A stretch of 64,000 nucleotides of DNA from Piromyces finnis finn. Lineage: Eukaryota; Fungi; Neocallimastigomycota. The position numbers and the translations under genes are program-made. Below the pieces are notes generated by a model. The model saw nothing but the letters and a program-made list of their open reading frames with translations. It made no database searches and was not told the DNA's origin. Below, piece after piece: positions 22,934 to 35,700 of this stretch. Position 1 is the stretch's first letter, and each line of letters begins with the position of its first letter. The stretch spans positions 124,001 through 188,000 of the forward strand of contig MCFH01000046.1 in NCBI GenBank assembly GCA_002104945.1, given 5' to 3'.

Positions 22934-25900
22934 ATGAAAGTAAAAAATATAATAGCATTAGCAATCACATTAGCTTCAACAATATCAGGAGCTGTTATTA
23001 CACCATCTGGTTTAGAGATTCCAGAATCACTTATGGTATATCTAAGATGTCCAATTGGTGATAGTAAATGTAAAAATGGAAAAAGTAGTGCATGCGTTGC
23101 CCATTCTAACATTTGTCGTTATGATAATCCAAGTTCATTAGACAAATCACTTCGTAATGCTGGTTATGATATTGGAACATTAACAGCTGAAGAATATTGT
23201 AAAATCCACATTGAAGTATGTGATATGATTTATAAATATGATCCACCAGTTACTGACGATGACATATACAATTATGAAAAATATTTTACTTGTGATGAAG
23301 ATGATTATTTATGTAAATATAATCAAAATTCTAGCTGTCAAACTGTACTTAAGAAATGTCTTGAATCTTATCCAGAAGATGCCTGTCAAAAACTATCAAT
23401 AGTATGTGATAATATTGATAATGGTGTTATACCAATTTTTGATGATGAACCAGTTGTAGATGAACCAGTTGTTGATGAACCAGTTGTTGATGAACCAGTT
23501 GTAGATGAACCAGTTGTAGATGAACCAGTTGTTGATGAACCAGTTGTTGATGAACCAGTTGTAGATGAACCAGTTGTAGATGAACCAGTTGTAGATGAAC
23601 CAGTTGTAGATGAACCTGTTGTTGATGAACCTGTTGTTGATGAACCTGTTGTTGATGAACCTGTTGTTGATGAACCTGTTGTTGATGAACCTGTTGTTGA
23701 TGAACCTGTTGTTGATGAACCTGTTGTTGATGAACCAGTTGTTGATGAACCAGTTGTTGATGAACCAGTTGTTGATGAACCAGTTGTTGATGAACCTGTT
23801 GTTGATGAACCAGTTGTTGATGAACCAGTTGTAGATGAACCAGTTGTAGATGAACCAGTTGTAGATGAACCAGTTGTAGATGAACCAGTTGTTGATGAAC
23901 CAGTTGTAGATGAATCCGTTAATAATAATATTGAAATACCAAATACATCTATAAATAGTAATAACAACAAAGGGAAAATATATACCCCATCTGGTTTAGA
24001 AATACCAGATTCATTATTAGTATACTTAAATTGTCCAATTGGTGATAGTAAATGTAAAAATGGAAAAAGTAGTGCATGTATTACACATTCTAACATTTGT
24101 CGCTATGATAATCCAAGTTCATTAGACAAATCACTTCGTAATGCTGGTTATGATATTGGAACATTAACAGCTGAAGAATATTGTAAAATCCACATTGAAG
24201 TATGTGATATGATTTATAAATATGATCCACCAGTTACTGACGATGACATATACAATTATGAAAAATATTTTACTTGTGATGAAGATGATTATTTATGTAA
24301 ATATAATCAAAATTCTAGCTGTCAAACTGTACTTAAGAAATGTCTTGAATCTTATCCAGAAGATGCCTGTCAAAAACTATCAATAGTATGTGATAATATT
24401 GATAATGGTGTTATACCAATTTTTGATGATGAACCAGTTGTAGATGAACCAGTTGTTGATGAACCAGTTGTAGATGAACCTGTTGTTGATGAACCAGTTG
24501 TTGATGAACCAGTTGTTGATGAACCAGTTGTTGATGAACCAGTTGTTGATGAACCTGTTGTTGATGAACCAGTTGTAGATGAACCAGTTGTAGATGAACC
24601 AGTTGTAGATGAACCAGTTGTAGATGAACCAGTTGTAGATGAACCAGTTGTAGATGAACCAGTTGTAGATGAACCAGTTGTAGATGAACCAGTTGTTGAT
24701 GAACCAGTTGTTGATGAACCAGTTGTTGATGAACCAGTTGTTGATGAACCAGTTGTTGATGAACCTGTTGTTGATGAACCTGTTGTTGATGAACCTGTTG
24801 TTGATGAACCTGTTGTTGATGAACCTGTTGTTGATGAACCAGTTGTTGATGAACCAGTTGTTGATGAACCTGTTGTTGATGAACCTGTTGTTGATGAACC
24901 TGTTGTTGATGAACCTGTTGTTGATGAACCAGTTGTTGATGAACCTGTTGTTGATGAACCTGTTGTTGATGAACCAGTTGTTGATGAACCAGTTGTTGAT
25001 GAACCAGTTGTTGATGAACCAGTTGTAGATGAACCAGTTGTAGATGAACCAGTTGTTGATGAACCAGTTGTAGATGAATCCGTTAATAATAATATTGAAA
25101 TACCAAATACATCTATAAATAGTAATAACAACAAAGGGAAAATATATACCCCATCTGGTTTAGAAATACCAGATTCATTATTAGTATACTTAAATTGTCC
25201 AATTGGTGATAGTAAATGTAAAAATGGAAAAAGTAGTGCATGTATTACACATTCTAACATTTGTCGCTATGATAATCCAAGTTCATTAGACAAATCACTT
25301 CGTAATGCTGGTTATGATATTGGAACATTAACAGCTGAAGAATATTGTAAAATCCACATTGAAGTATGTGATATGATTTATAAATATGATCCACCAGTTA
25401 CTGACGATGACATATACAATTATGAAAAATATTTTACTTGTGATGAAGATGACTACATGTGTAAATTTAATCAAAACTCTAGTTGCCAAATAGTTCTTAA
25501 AAATTGTTGGAGTTCTTATTCTGATGATGATTGTAAAAAATTATCTACTGTGTGTGACAGCATTGATTCTGGTATAATTCCAAATTTTAAAGATATCGAA
25601 GTTAATGTTTCCAATGTTTCACAAGAAGTTACTTCAGAAGATACCAACAATGAAGAAACTGTAGAAAGTATTAAAACAGAAGATGGTTATGTTATTCCAG
25701 ATTCTCTTTTAACCTATTTAAACTGTCCAATTGGTAATAGCATTTGTAAGAACAGTAAAGGCAGTGCATGTACAAGTAGCTACAGTATTTGTGGTAGTAA
25801 CCCAGAAACTTTATCTCAAACATTTGAAAGTTTCAGAATTGAAACTGGAAATTTAACACCAGAGGAATACTGTAAAATTCACTATAGTGTCTGTAATATG

Positions 25901-26182
25901 ATTATTGATTATAATCCACCATTAACTGATGATTATATATATGATCTTGATAGATATTTAACATGTAATGATGGTGATTCTCTTTGTCAATTTGGCCAAG
26001 AATCTAGTTGTAATACAGTTCTTAGCTTATGTTGGGGTAATTATTCAGATAGTGATTGTAATAAATTAGCAAGTACTTGTGAAAAGATTTATTCAAAGAA
26101 AACTACTACAAAAATTAATGCATCAACAAAGAACAATAAAGTTCATACCATAAAAAAAACAATTGTTAAAAGAAGAAGTTAA
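22934..26182 (+). CDS. Secreted cysteine-rich protein CRP1 (1082 aa): signal peptide, four 12-Cys domains, two (DEPVV)n linkers, basic Thr/Lys tail; family not recognised
   Basis: Intronless ORF with signal peptide [20 protein letters not shown]. The domain TPSG..IP.SL..YL.CPIGD..C...SC..VL..C...C.KL...C occurs four times. The tail is [28 protein letters not shown]. Confidence 0.9.
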   Translation: MKVKNIIALAITLASTISGAVITPSGLEIPESLMVYLRCPIGDSKCKNGKSSACVAHSNICRYDNPSSLDKSLRNAGYDIGTLTAEEYCKIHIEVCDMIYKYDPPVTDDDIYNYEKYFTCDEDDYLCKYNQNSSCQTVLKKCLESYPEDACQKLSIVCDNIDNGVIPIFDDEPVVDEPVVDEPVVDEPVVDEPVVDEPVVDEPVVDEPVVDEPVVDEPVVDEPVVDEPVVDEPVVDEPVVDEPVVDEPVVDEPVVDEPVVDEPVVDEPVVDEPVVDEPVVDEPVVDEPVVDEPVVDEPVVDEPVVDEPVVDEPVVDEPVVDEPVVDESVNNNIEIPNTSINSNNNKGKIYTPSGLEIPDSLLVYLNCPIGDSKCKNGKSSACITHSNICRYDNPSSLDKSLRNAGYDIGTLTAEEYCKIHIEVCDMIYKYDPPVTDDDIYNYEKYFTCDEDDYLCKYNQNSSCQTVLKKCLESYPEDACQKLSIVCDNIDNGVIPIFDDEPVVDEPVVDEPVVDEPVVDEPVVDEPVVDEPVVDEPVVDEPVVDEPVVDEPVVDEPVVDEPVVDEPVVDEPVVDEPVVDEPVVDEPVVDEPVVDEPVVDEPVVDEPVVDEPVVDEPVVDEPVVDEPVVDEPVVDEPVVDEPVVDEPVVDEPVVDEPVVDEPVVDEPVVDEPVVDEPVVDEPVVDEPVVDEPVVDEPVVDEPVVDEPVVDEPVVDESVNNNIEIPNTSINSNNNKGKIYTPSGLEIPDSLLVYLNCPIGDSKCKNGKSSACITHSNICRYDNPSSLDKSLRNAGYDIGTLTAEEYCKIHIEVCDMIYKYDPPVTDDDIYNYEKYFTCDEDDYMCKFNQNSSCQIVLKNCWSSYSDDDCKKLSTVCDSIDSGIIPNFKDIEVNVSNVSQEVTSEDTNNEETVESIKTEDGYVIPDSLLTYLNCPIGNSICKNSKGSACTSSYSICGSNPETLSQTFESFRIETGNLTPEEYCKIHYSVCNMIIDYNPPLTDDYIYDLDRYLTCNDGDSLCQFGQESSCNTVLSLCWGNYSDSDCNKLASTCEKIYSKKTTTKINASTKNNKVHTIKKTIVKRRS
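23444..23908 (+). repeat. Coding minisatellite, 31 x 15 bp (GATGAACCWGTTGTW), encoding (DEPVV)31
   Basis: 465 bp divided by 15; the only variation is synonymous (CCA/CCT, GTA/GTT). Confidence 0.93.
24428..25072 (+). repeat. Coding minisatellite, 43 x 15 bp, encoding (DEPVV)43
   Basis: 645 bp divided by 15; same three synonymous unit variants as the first array. Confidence 0.93.
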
Positions 26183-27250
26183 AATAACTATATAAAAAAA
26201 ATTAATAATACCTATATTTTCTAAATTCTAATAAAACTTGATTTTAATTATTAAATATTAATATAAATGTTAAATCATATACAAAGTATAATAGAATAAT
26301 AAAAAATAAACATATATTTATTTTATTATGGGACCTATATCATTGTATAATTCATATATAAAGAATTATAAATATTCCAAAAAATATAGAAAAAAAATTG
26401 AAATTATAAATATAAATGTATTAAAGTTTTAATATATTTATTTTCAATCTTTTTATTATTATTAAGCTCTTGTCTCCATTAATTTTTAAGATTTTAATAA
26501 TTAATAAAATTTTGATATTGGTATTATTATCTAAAGATAATAAATTAAATACACCGTTTTAATATATAATAACAAATCAAAAAAAATATTTTTTTTTAAA
26601 AAAAATGAAAAGAAAAAGAAATTTTAATTACTAATCTTTTAAGAATTAAATAAAAGAAGCAAACCAATAAAGTAATGAATATGAATAAATATTGGTTTTC
26701 TAATTTAAAATTTTATGCTAAATTTCTTAAAATGAAAATTTTTCAATCCAATAAATTTTATTTTTATATATTAAAATAATATAGATTAAATATATTTACA
26801 ATAATATATTCAGATATTTAATATAATAAAGATAACAATATATTAAACAAAAACAAATAATAATTTTGTTTTTCAATTTACTATAAAACAACATAAATAT
26901 TATTGTAAGAAATTATTAATAAATAAGATTATTAAACCATAATAATAACAAATTTTAATTATACAAATAATAAATAATAATTGAAAAAAGTATTAATAAT
27001 TTTACTTACTATTACACCTAAAGAAAACTTTTGAATATAAAAAGGATAAAATGTATTCCTTTTTTTTTTTTAATTTTTAATAAAAAAAATATAAAAAAAA
27101 AAATAAAATTAAAAAAGTATTAAATAATAATTAATAATGTAAGTTACTGTTCCTGTTGATTTATTATTAAATTATACAAAATAAAAATATTAATAATCAA
27201 ATAAATTACTAAACAAGTATATAAATAACTATTATTATAGTGTTATAAAA

Positions 27251-27766
27251 ATGTTATCAAATTTAGTTTCTCTTGCTATTTCCTTTGCTTCTGTAGTTTC
27301 TGCAACTGTTTTAACAAGTAATGGTAATAAAATACCAAATTCATTGGTATCATATCTTGATTGTCCTATTGGAGATACACTTTGTAAGAATAATATGAAA
27401 AGTAAATGTCTTACTTCAGAAACATATAATATTTGTAAAAATGGTAATCCACTTATTTTGGATGAATTACTTGCTCAAAATAATGTTGACATTGAAAATT
27501 ATTCTCCTGTTGAGTTTTGTAAGATTCAAACACAAGTTTGTAATATGATTGAAGATTATAATCCTCCATTAACTAGAGATTATATTTTCGATGTTGAAAA
27601 TTATTTAACATGTGATGACGATGACGAAATGTGTAAATACAGTAAAAATTCCACTTGCAGACTAGTAGTAAAAATGTGTTGGGGTAATTATCCAAAAACA
27701 GCTTGTAAAAAGTTATCAAAAACTTGCGATGAAATTGGCTACGAAGAACCAAACGAAACAAATTAA
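27251..27766 (+). CDS. Secreted cysteine-rich protein CRP2 (171 aa), single 12-Cys domain
   Basis: Signal peptide MLSNLVSLAISFASVVSA. Domain reads IPNSLVSYLDCPIGDTLC...YNPPLT...YLTCDDDDEMC...CWGNYP..ACKKL..TC with 12 Cys. Confidence 0.88.
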   Translation: MLSNLVSLAISFASVVSATVLTSNGNKIPNSLVSYLDCPIGDTLCKNNMKSKCLTSETYNICKNGNPLILDELLAQNNVDIENYSPVEFCKIQTQVCNMIEDYNPPLTRDYIFDVENYLTCDDDDEMCKYSKNSTCRLVVKMCWGNYPKTACKKLSKTCDEIGYEEPNETN

Positions 27767-28481
27767 TATAAACATTTAGTTTTAATAGTAATTTAAAAAT
27801 TAAATTCTTTATATATATTATCATTATAAAAATTGTAAAAAAAAAAAAAAAAAAAGAAAGTTTAAAATTAAGCTTAATACCAATACCAATATTTTTTTTA
27901 ATTTTTTTTAAGAACTTGTATGAAGTATATATATTAGATAATTTCTATTAGTAAAATATTTAAAGTTTGTTAGAATAAATTTATAGTAGAAATTTATATT
28001 TTGTTTAAAATATTATTACCAAAGGAAAGTTATAAATATATATATATATAAATGTAATATAAGTAAAAAAAAATATAAAATGAGATATAAATAAAAAAGT
28101 ATTTTACTTTTAAAGTAAAAAAAATCATTTAATAAAGTTTATTAATAACTTATTAAGGAATAAAAAATGGGAATAAAAGTATTAAACAAATTTTAATATT
28201 AAAAAAATAAAGATATAAAAATACACTAAAGAAAACATTATAATTACGAATATATATAATTTCTGACTTTAAATGTTAAGAGATTACAATAATAATTAGC
28301 GAAAACATAACTAAAATTCAATAAATGCATGCAGGCATATATATTTTATATTAATATCTTTAATTCTATCTAAAAGAATTATAGATTAGTTTTTATATAA
28401 TTAATATTCTTTCGAAATTATTTTAATATTTTTAAATGTATTACAACATAAATATTTTATCAATATCTATAAAATATATAA

Positions 28482-29939
28482 CTAATAGTAATTGGGACGC
28501 TTTTTTAAATAAGTAGATGATTGTGTAAATGATATTTTGGATGAAGATGTTGTTTTTGATGAAAATAATTTAGAATAATATTTATTGGCTGTGAATGATC
28601 TTCTAGTTGTCGTTAATTTTTTAGTTATTGCTTGCCATCTAGTTATTGTTGGTTTTTTAGTTATTGTTTGTAATTTAGTTGTTAACTTTTTAGTTTTTAT
28701 TTGCCATTTAGATGTATTTAATGTTGTTTTTTTCGTAAAAGTATTAATTGATTCTTTTTCTGAAGTACTATTAAGCATACCACAAAATTCCTTAATAACA
28801 AAACAAAATTCAAGATAATTTAAATCTCCAATATCATAGTTAGATAGTAAATTAATATATTTAGTTTGATCTCGATTTTCACAATATAGAGAATATTCTT
28901 GAAGGCAACTTTTTGCTGCGGTTTCACCATTTTCTATATCAAAGTATTTTAAAAGAGGTTGTGGGACTTCAGCCCCTGATGGTGTATATAATAAATTATA
29001 TGATTGATATAACTGATCAATTTCATTACATTTTGATAATAACTTGTTACATGCATCATTTGGATATTTACTTTCACACATACTATAAGCCATTCTACAA
29101 CTAGAGCGCTTACCATAATAACAAGATTGAGTATTTATTTCACATTCATAAATTTCTAAATCATATATATATCTACTATTAAATGAGTTATTATATTCCA
29201 TTATATATTCACACGCTTTTTTATGTTTATCACAATAATCATTAGGTTCTAAATAATCAATTTCATCATTGTTATTTATATATTCTATTAATTCACTTTG
29301 TCTTTCTGGATTACAAATAGTATAATGATCGAGGCATTTTTTTGTTTCTTCCCTTTTACAAGATATGTCTCCAAGTAAACATCCAAAATATTGCGTAAGT
29401 GGTTTTGGCAATCTAGTATTGTCAGGTGTAAATATTGCTACCTCATCATTATATTGTTTATATATATTATCACATGTTTCTGATAAATTTCTACAATCTT
29501 TTACCGGATATTTACCCCAGCATTTATCAAGTACTTTCTTACATCCATTATAATTACCGTATTGACATATCGAATCATTATATCCACAACTTAAATATTG
29601 ATCCAAATCATAAACATCATTATCACTTATTTCTGGAACATAAATATTAATATATTGACATGATTCATTGATCAATTTACAGAAATCAGATGGAGGAAAA
29701 TTACCTATATCAAAATCCTTAGATATTTTTTCAATCTGAATATCTGGGCTTTCACAATAGCTAATATATTCATAGTGACAAGAACGCCCGTTTCCATTAA
29801 TACATACAGTATTACCGGTTTGGCATGAAAAATAATGCAAAAGAGATTTTGGAACCTCTTTCCCCGATGGTAATATGATATTTGCTAATGAAGTCCTATT
29901 AAGCAAAATCACATATGGAATTATATTTTTTATCTTCAT
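28482..29939 (-). CDS. Secreted cysteine-rich protein CRP3 (485 aa): two full domains, a degenerate half-domain, and a basic Thr/Lys/Ser-rich tail
   Basis: Signal-like N-terminus MKIKNIIPYVILLNRTSLA. Domains start LPSGKEVPKSLL, TPDNTRLPKPL and TPSGAEVPQPLL. The tail reads KKTTLNTSKWQIKTKKLTTKLQTITKKPTITRWQAITKK. Confidence 0.85.
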   Translation of the reverse strand: MKIKNIIPYVILLNRTSLANIILPSGKEVPKSLLHYFSCQTGNTVCINGNGRSCHYEYISYCESPDIQIEKISKDFDIGNFPPSDFCKLINESCQYINIYVPEISDNDVYDLDQYLSCGYNDSICQYGNYNGCKKVLDKCWGKYPVKDCRNLSETCDNIYKQYNDEVAIFTPDNTRLPKPLTQYFGCLLGDISCKREETKKCLDHYTICNPERQSELIEYINNNDEIDYLEPNDYCDKHKKACEYIMEYNNSFNSRYIYDLEIYECEINTQSCYYGKRSSCRMAYSMCESKYPNDACNKLLSKCNEIDQLYQSYNLLYTPSGAEVPQPLLKYFDIENGETAAKSCLQEYSLYCENRDQTKYINLLSNYDIGDLNYLEFCFVIKEFCGMLNSTSEKESINTFTKKTTLNTSKWQIKTKKLTTKLQTITKKPTITRWQAITKKLTTTRRSFTANKYYSKLFSSKTTSSSKISFTQSSTYLKKRPNYY

Positions 29940-30100
29940 TTTTTCTACTAATATATCACTAAAGAAATAGAAAAAAAAAATATAAAATATATATATTATT
30001 TTTTATTTAATGTAGTATAAATTTATTAATTATTGGCATTTATAAACTTAATTTATTATATATATTTTTTTTTTAAATGAGCGAAAATTAAATTTAAATT

Positions 30101-30164
30101 TAAATTATTATCTTTATAATTATAATTTTAAATAAATTATTATCTTTATAATTATAATTTTAAA
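30101..30164. repeat. Perfect 32-bp tandem duplication upstream of CRP3
   Basis: TAAATTATTATCTTTATAATTATAATTTTAAA at 30101-30132 and again at 30133-30164. Confidence 0.8.
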
Positions 30165-30600
30165 ATTTAACATTAAAATGTCTCAATAACCCTATCATTC
30201 TATTCAAATTAAACTTTTATTTTTTTTTTATATATTTTTTTGTTATAATTAAATACTTGAATAATTAATTATTTTTTTTTTATTTTTATTTTACTTTATT
30301 TTTTTTTTGTTTTATACACCTAAATAATTATGTGTACAATTATAATTTAAATAATATTATATTATTCAATCATTATTAATTAAAAATAAATATATGTATA
30401 TATTTTTTAATAGTAGTATTATTTTTATTAAATATTATTAATAATTATATATATATAATTACATTGCGATGGTATTTTTTAAATAATTTTTATAAAATAT
30501 ATTTATATATAAATATACAAACAAGATTTTATTTTATTATATTATTATTATTATCTTCTTGACGAGATAATATTATACTTTTTTTTTTTTGTTATACGAA

Positions 30601-31140
30601 TTAGAGAATTTCTTTGACAGCTTCCTTAATAACATCTATTTCAGCAAGTTTATTGCATACATTTCCTAATTTTTGACAAGCTTTATTTGGATAATTTCCC
30701 CAACATCTTTTAAGTACAGATCCACAACTAACATTCTTACCATGGATACACATAGTATCAGAATCATCACAATCTAAGTATTTCTCGATATTATAAATAT
30801 ATTCGATTGTTAAATGAGGATCATAATTTTCGATCATTCCACAAACTTCTGTATGTATTTTACAAAATTTTGTTGGAGTTAAATCACCAATGTCGATATC
30901 TTTATCATAAAAAATATCATATAGTGAATCTGGGTCATTAGAGTTACAAATTTTAATAATATCAGATTCATTACATGATTCGACTTTTTCTTTTTTACAA
31001 ACAATATCACCAATTTGACAATCTAAATAAGTTAACAGTGAAGAAGGAATAATAATACCAGATGGTGTTTTGACTGTTAATAAAGCTGAAACAGCAGTGG
31101 CACAGCTAATAGCAATAGTAGCTAAATTTAAAACTCTCAT
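30601..31140 (-). CDS. Secreted cysteine-rich protein CRP4 (179 aa), single 12-Cys domain
   Basis: Signal peptide MRVLNLATIAISCATAVSA. Domain reads TPSGIIIPSSLLTYLDCQIGDIVC...CWGNYPNKACQKLGNVC. It shares the CX8C spacing at C3-C4 with CRP2. Confidence 0.88.
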   Translation of the reverse strand: MRVLNLATIAISCATAVSALLTVKTPSGIIIPSSLLTYLDCQIGDIVCKKEKVESCNESDIIKICNSNDPDSLYDIFYDKDIDIGDLTPTKFCKIHTEVCGMIENYDPHLTIEYIYNIEKYLDCDDSDTMCIHGKNVSCGSVLKRCWGNYPNKACQKLGNVCNKLAEIDVIKEAVKEIL

Positions 31141-32733
31141 TTTTTCTGAAAAAAAAAAAAAAAAGTAAAAAAAAGGGTTTAATTATTATAATTTTGAATA
31201 TATATTAATTTTTTTAAATATATTTACATTGAATTTCTTTTTCTCTTTTTAGGTTTTATTACAATGCAATGTATATTTTTTAATTACAAAAATAATTAAA
31301 AAAGTGAATGAAAAAAATAAGAAAAAAAAAGAAAAAATTTCTCGTTTTATATAAACATAATTTAAATAAAGAGTAAACAATAATTATATTTAAAAATATA
31401 TTTTGTTGAAAAAGAATTAGGGTGTTACAAAATTACAAAAAAAAAATATTTAATGAATTATAAACAAATTATAGATGAATTGTTGTATGCTTATAATATT
31501 ATTTAATTTAATTTTTTGAAAATTAAATTAAATATTTTGTGTAATCTATTTTCATTTTAACTAGATATTACTTAAATTTATTTTTTTTTAATATTCATTT
31601 TCTATATATATTAAAATTTAATATATTTACATTCATAATTTAGTTATAAATATTTTGAAAACAATTATATTTATAATATAATTATTGATAACTCATTCTA
31701 ATATCAATAATCAATAATATTAAGTTTTTTTAATGATATTTGGGTTAAAATAGATTCATATTTATAATTTTCATTTTTGTTGAATATAAACAGTTACAAA
31801 TAAAATAATAAGATAAAAAAAAAATTTAAATAATTTTTAAATAATCATTTATATACCTTTTTTATTAAAAAAAAATAAATAATAATTAAATTAATAAATT
31901 GTTAAGCTTAAACATACATAAATAAAGCTATAATTCTTACACATAATTAAATTATTTTTACTTTTATTTTTAAATTAACTTTTATTTTTCACTTTATTAA
32001 AATATTGATGATTTATATTAGTGATCACAAAATTAGAATGTTAAAAAAAAGAAAATTTTTTTAATGTTTTGCAACCGTGGAGAACCATCATTTTATTTTT
32101 CTAGTTTAATTCTATTTGCTACATATAAGAATAAAAAAACCTCTAATTTCCACCCAAAGGTTCCAATCAGAGACTCCTATACATATAATTATAATTAAAC
32201 TAGTTCGATTCTAAATTTACTAATATTTGATCTTCATAATAATATTTAATAAATTTTAGAATTATATTTATTATTAAATTTTGATGAATTAAAATTTCTT
32301 TATTTTGATTGGTCAAAATGAAATATTCAAAATTATAAAATTTTGTATATTTACCATATATAAAATAAAAATAAAATTTCATATTGATATAGGTAAATAA
32401 TGGTTATTAATTTAAAAGGATATTTTATAAAGAAAAAAATAAAATGTTTATATGTTTTAAATGATATGTGTATTAGTAATGTGAAAACTATATTTTTATT
32501 GATATATATAAATGAATCAATCACTTCATATTTTCAACTTTTTTTCTATTATAATTCAAAATAAATAAATTTAGCCTTAATTTTTCTTTTTTTTATTTTA
32601 ATCTTAAATAATATACAAAATTATTGAATATGAAATTAAAATAATTAAGACATAGAATGTCATTTTTTTTCTTTAAAAAGAGTATAAATACGTTAAAATA
32701 TACTAATTGAAATACTTAATATATACACATCAA

Positions 32734-35700
32734 TTATATATTATTTATAGCACCAAGTGAATATAAAAGATTTCTTCTTGAAAAATGAACTGTATATATT
32801 GGTGTTTTTTTAGTAGGATAGGTTCCTAGTAAATCATTTTTACTATTATCACAAGAAAATACATAGATTATTATTAATAATTTAAATATATAAAAAAATT
32901 CTATGTAATCAATTAAACAATTTTAATTTTACAATTTTTTTAATATTAATACTTACAGATTATTTTTAAGTTTTTCTTTGCTTGTTAAAATTGATTTATG
33001 GATAGTATTATTCAATTGAGTAGGAGAAGGATTATCAATATCCATGGCATTTGGATCATTATTTGATATTAAATTAGACGATTCCTGTTCTATTATATCT
33101 AATGCATTAATGTCATCCTTTTTAACATCCCAAATTCTTACAGTATTATCAGAAGAACCAGATGCAAGAATATTACCTTCTTGACTGAATGATAATGAAT
33201 TTACAGTATTTTCATGACCATTTAAACTCTTTATTTTTCTTCCTGAACCTATATCCCATATATTAATGATTTTATCTTCACCTATAATAGTTAATGAATT
33301 AATATTATTTGTTGTACATTTTTTTATTAATAGTATTTATATTTTGATTAATATTTAAATAGTTTATTTATTTATTTATATTTAAATATAATTATATCAA
33401 ATTTTATAAAACAAATTTTTAATTACCACTAGTTGCTAAAGTTTTCCCATCTGGTGTAATTGCTAATGCATAAATAGGTCCAAGATGTCCTTTAAATATT
33501 CTAATACAAGTACCTTTTTGAACATCCCATAGTCTTGCTGTACAATCACTACCACCAGTAACAATATAATTTGAATTTGGATGAAATTTTACTGACTATT
33601 TATTAATAGATGTATAAATATAAATGTATTGAGATTTATTTTAATTTTTATTTCTTTTTAGAAAATTAGGTGAATTAAATCACTTACATCAACATCCGAA
33701 AAATGTCCAACAAAAATTCTTAAAGGATATATATGATCACAGCTCCATAATCTTGCAGTTCTATCATGAGATGCGGTTGCAAAATAAAACCCTTCCGGTG
33801 AAAAGTCAACGTCCCATACTGGATAATTATGTCCTTTATAGCAAACAACATTTGAAAATGTATCCAAACTCCATAGACGTGCTATTTTATAATTATTATA
33901 ATTAAATATTAAATAAAATAAAAAATAACTTTAAATATTAATCTATTTACTTGTTTTATCTTCAGAAACAGAAACCAAGTATTTGTTATCTGGACTAAAC
34001 GAAGTACTATAAATTGGACCTGAATGTGCAATTAGTTTTTTACATTGTGAACCTACTGGTTCTCTAAAGCGATCTAAATCTAAATAATATATAATAATTT
34101 TAATAATTTTTTAATTAAAACTGAATATTTATATTGAATATTTAAAGGTATATATGGTATATATATATTATAAATTTTACTAGGAATATATACTATCAAC
34201 ATTTCCATTAATATTTCTTGGCTTTGTTATCCCTCTTAAATTCTTTCCAGTAATAGACCATATACGAATAAAGGAATCAGAAAAACCTCCGCATATCATA
34301 GTTTCATCATTATTAATACTAAGACAATTTAAACTATGATTTAATTTGATTATATAATATTTAATATATTCATTGTAATTAAAATTAGAATATTTAATAT
34401 TAATATGAATTAGAAATATTTAAAATAAATATTTTAATTACCCATGATGTGTATTATGAAAAGTATAGCAACAAATTGATGGAAGCTTATCATTATCTAG
34501 TTTTGCTCTTTTACTTATATCCTTTAAATTTTTAATATCTGTAGAAATATCGATTAATTTTCTATTTATAATTAAAAAATAAAATAAAATAAAAAAAATG
34601 AAAAATTAATAATTATATATATTTATCACAATTATTTATACTATTATTTTTCTTCATTTATTTATTTACACCATTTTATTTTTTATACCTTACTGGAAGT
34701 GGTACTTGTTCTTTTGGTAAAGGATCTTCATTTAATTTTTCTTGCATTCCTTTAAATATTTCTAGTAACTGTTCATTATTTTCATTTTTCTATTAATTAT
34801 ATTAATTATTTTAATATACAATTAAATAAAATTATTAAATTTATACATTAATACAGTTATATATAAATGACCGTTATATAAATTGATTAATATAAATGTT
34901 GTTAAATACAAAATTAATTTAAATCATTGATTTAAATTTATTATTTATTAAAATATCTAATTTCATCTGTTAATATTTATTTCGATCAATATATAAACAA
35001 TAATTATATAATTCATACTTCATCTTTAATCCTTCGTTCAATTTCTTCAATTTCAAATAAATCATATGGTCTTTTTCCCAAATGAATTTCTTGTTTATTA
35101 AAAGCCTCAATTTGTGAATCCTGATGTCCAATTATACCAACACCACCATCTATATCTGATTGTTGTAATGCCTTTGGTGATACTAGAATACTTAGATACT
35201 GATTTGTAATTTGTAATAAGATAGCATATGAACTATTTTGTAAATATGCTAAAAATAAAGAATATGAAGCTGAACTTAACTTTACTAAATATTTATTTCT
35301 TAAGAATGTTTGTGCTAGAATATTTTCTTTTACATGCATTGGATCTGATAGACTTGATAAACGTTGTATATCTTGAATATGTTGTTCTCTATGGTCAATA
35401 GAATACTTTTCCATAAATTGTTTTGCTTTAATTATAGATTTAATGTGGAATAAATATTGAATGGTTATTGAATTATTATGATTTTAAATTTTAGATATTG
35501 AAAAAATAAAATAAGTTAATTTTATTAATATTTAAATATTTAATTTTATATTAAAAATTGAAAAAAAAAAAAAAAAGAATTAATTGGTAAATGCCTAATG
35601 GATATTAAAAAAAAATTTCTAAATTAGAATACCTCTTTGAGTTTTTCCTGAAGATACTAGATTTAAATATGAATATATAAATATTGGATATAATAAAGAA

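Noticed and set aside
23444-25072. CRISPR array or telomeric-repeat interpretation of the 15-bp arrays
   Set aside because: The units are contiguous with no unique spacers, they lie in frame inside a eukaryotic CDS, and there are no cas genes.
23386-25260. Antisense (SSTTG)n ORFs and alternate-frame ([10 protein letters not shown])n ORFs over the arrays
   Set aside because: These are shadows of the DEPVV minisatellite. Variation is synonymous only in the DEPVV frame, which also carries the signal peptide and the Cys domains.
30075-30089. 15-bp match (AAATGAGCGAAAATT) to the Hsp104B start region at 48023-48037, as a possible Hsp104 relic
   Set aside because: The similarity does not extend in either direction, and AT-rich 15-mer matches are expected by chance in 64 kb of this composition.
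22934-31140. Assigning the Cys-rich proteins as fungal dockerins, cellulosome scaffoldins, CBM18 or CFEM proteins
   Set aside because: The Cys spacing and motifs do not match these families as I know them: no CC/WGVEN dockerin motif, no hevein CCS..G.CG, no CFEM pattern and no C-terminal membrane anchor.
32070-32180. GC-richer patches between CRP4 and TAF5 as a possible snoRNA or other small RNA
   Set aside because: I found no correctly ordered C/D boxes, no convincing H/ACA hairpins and no tRNA cloverleaf.
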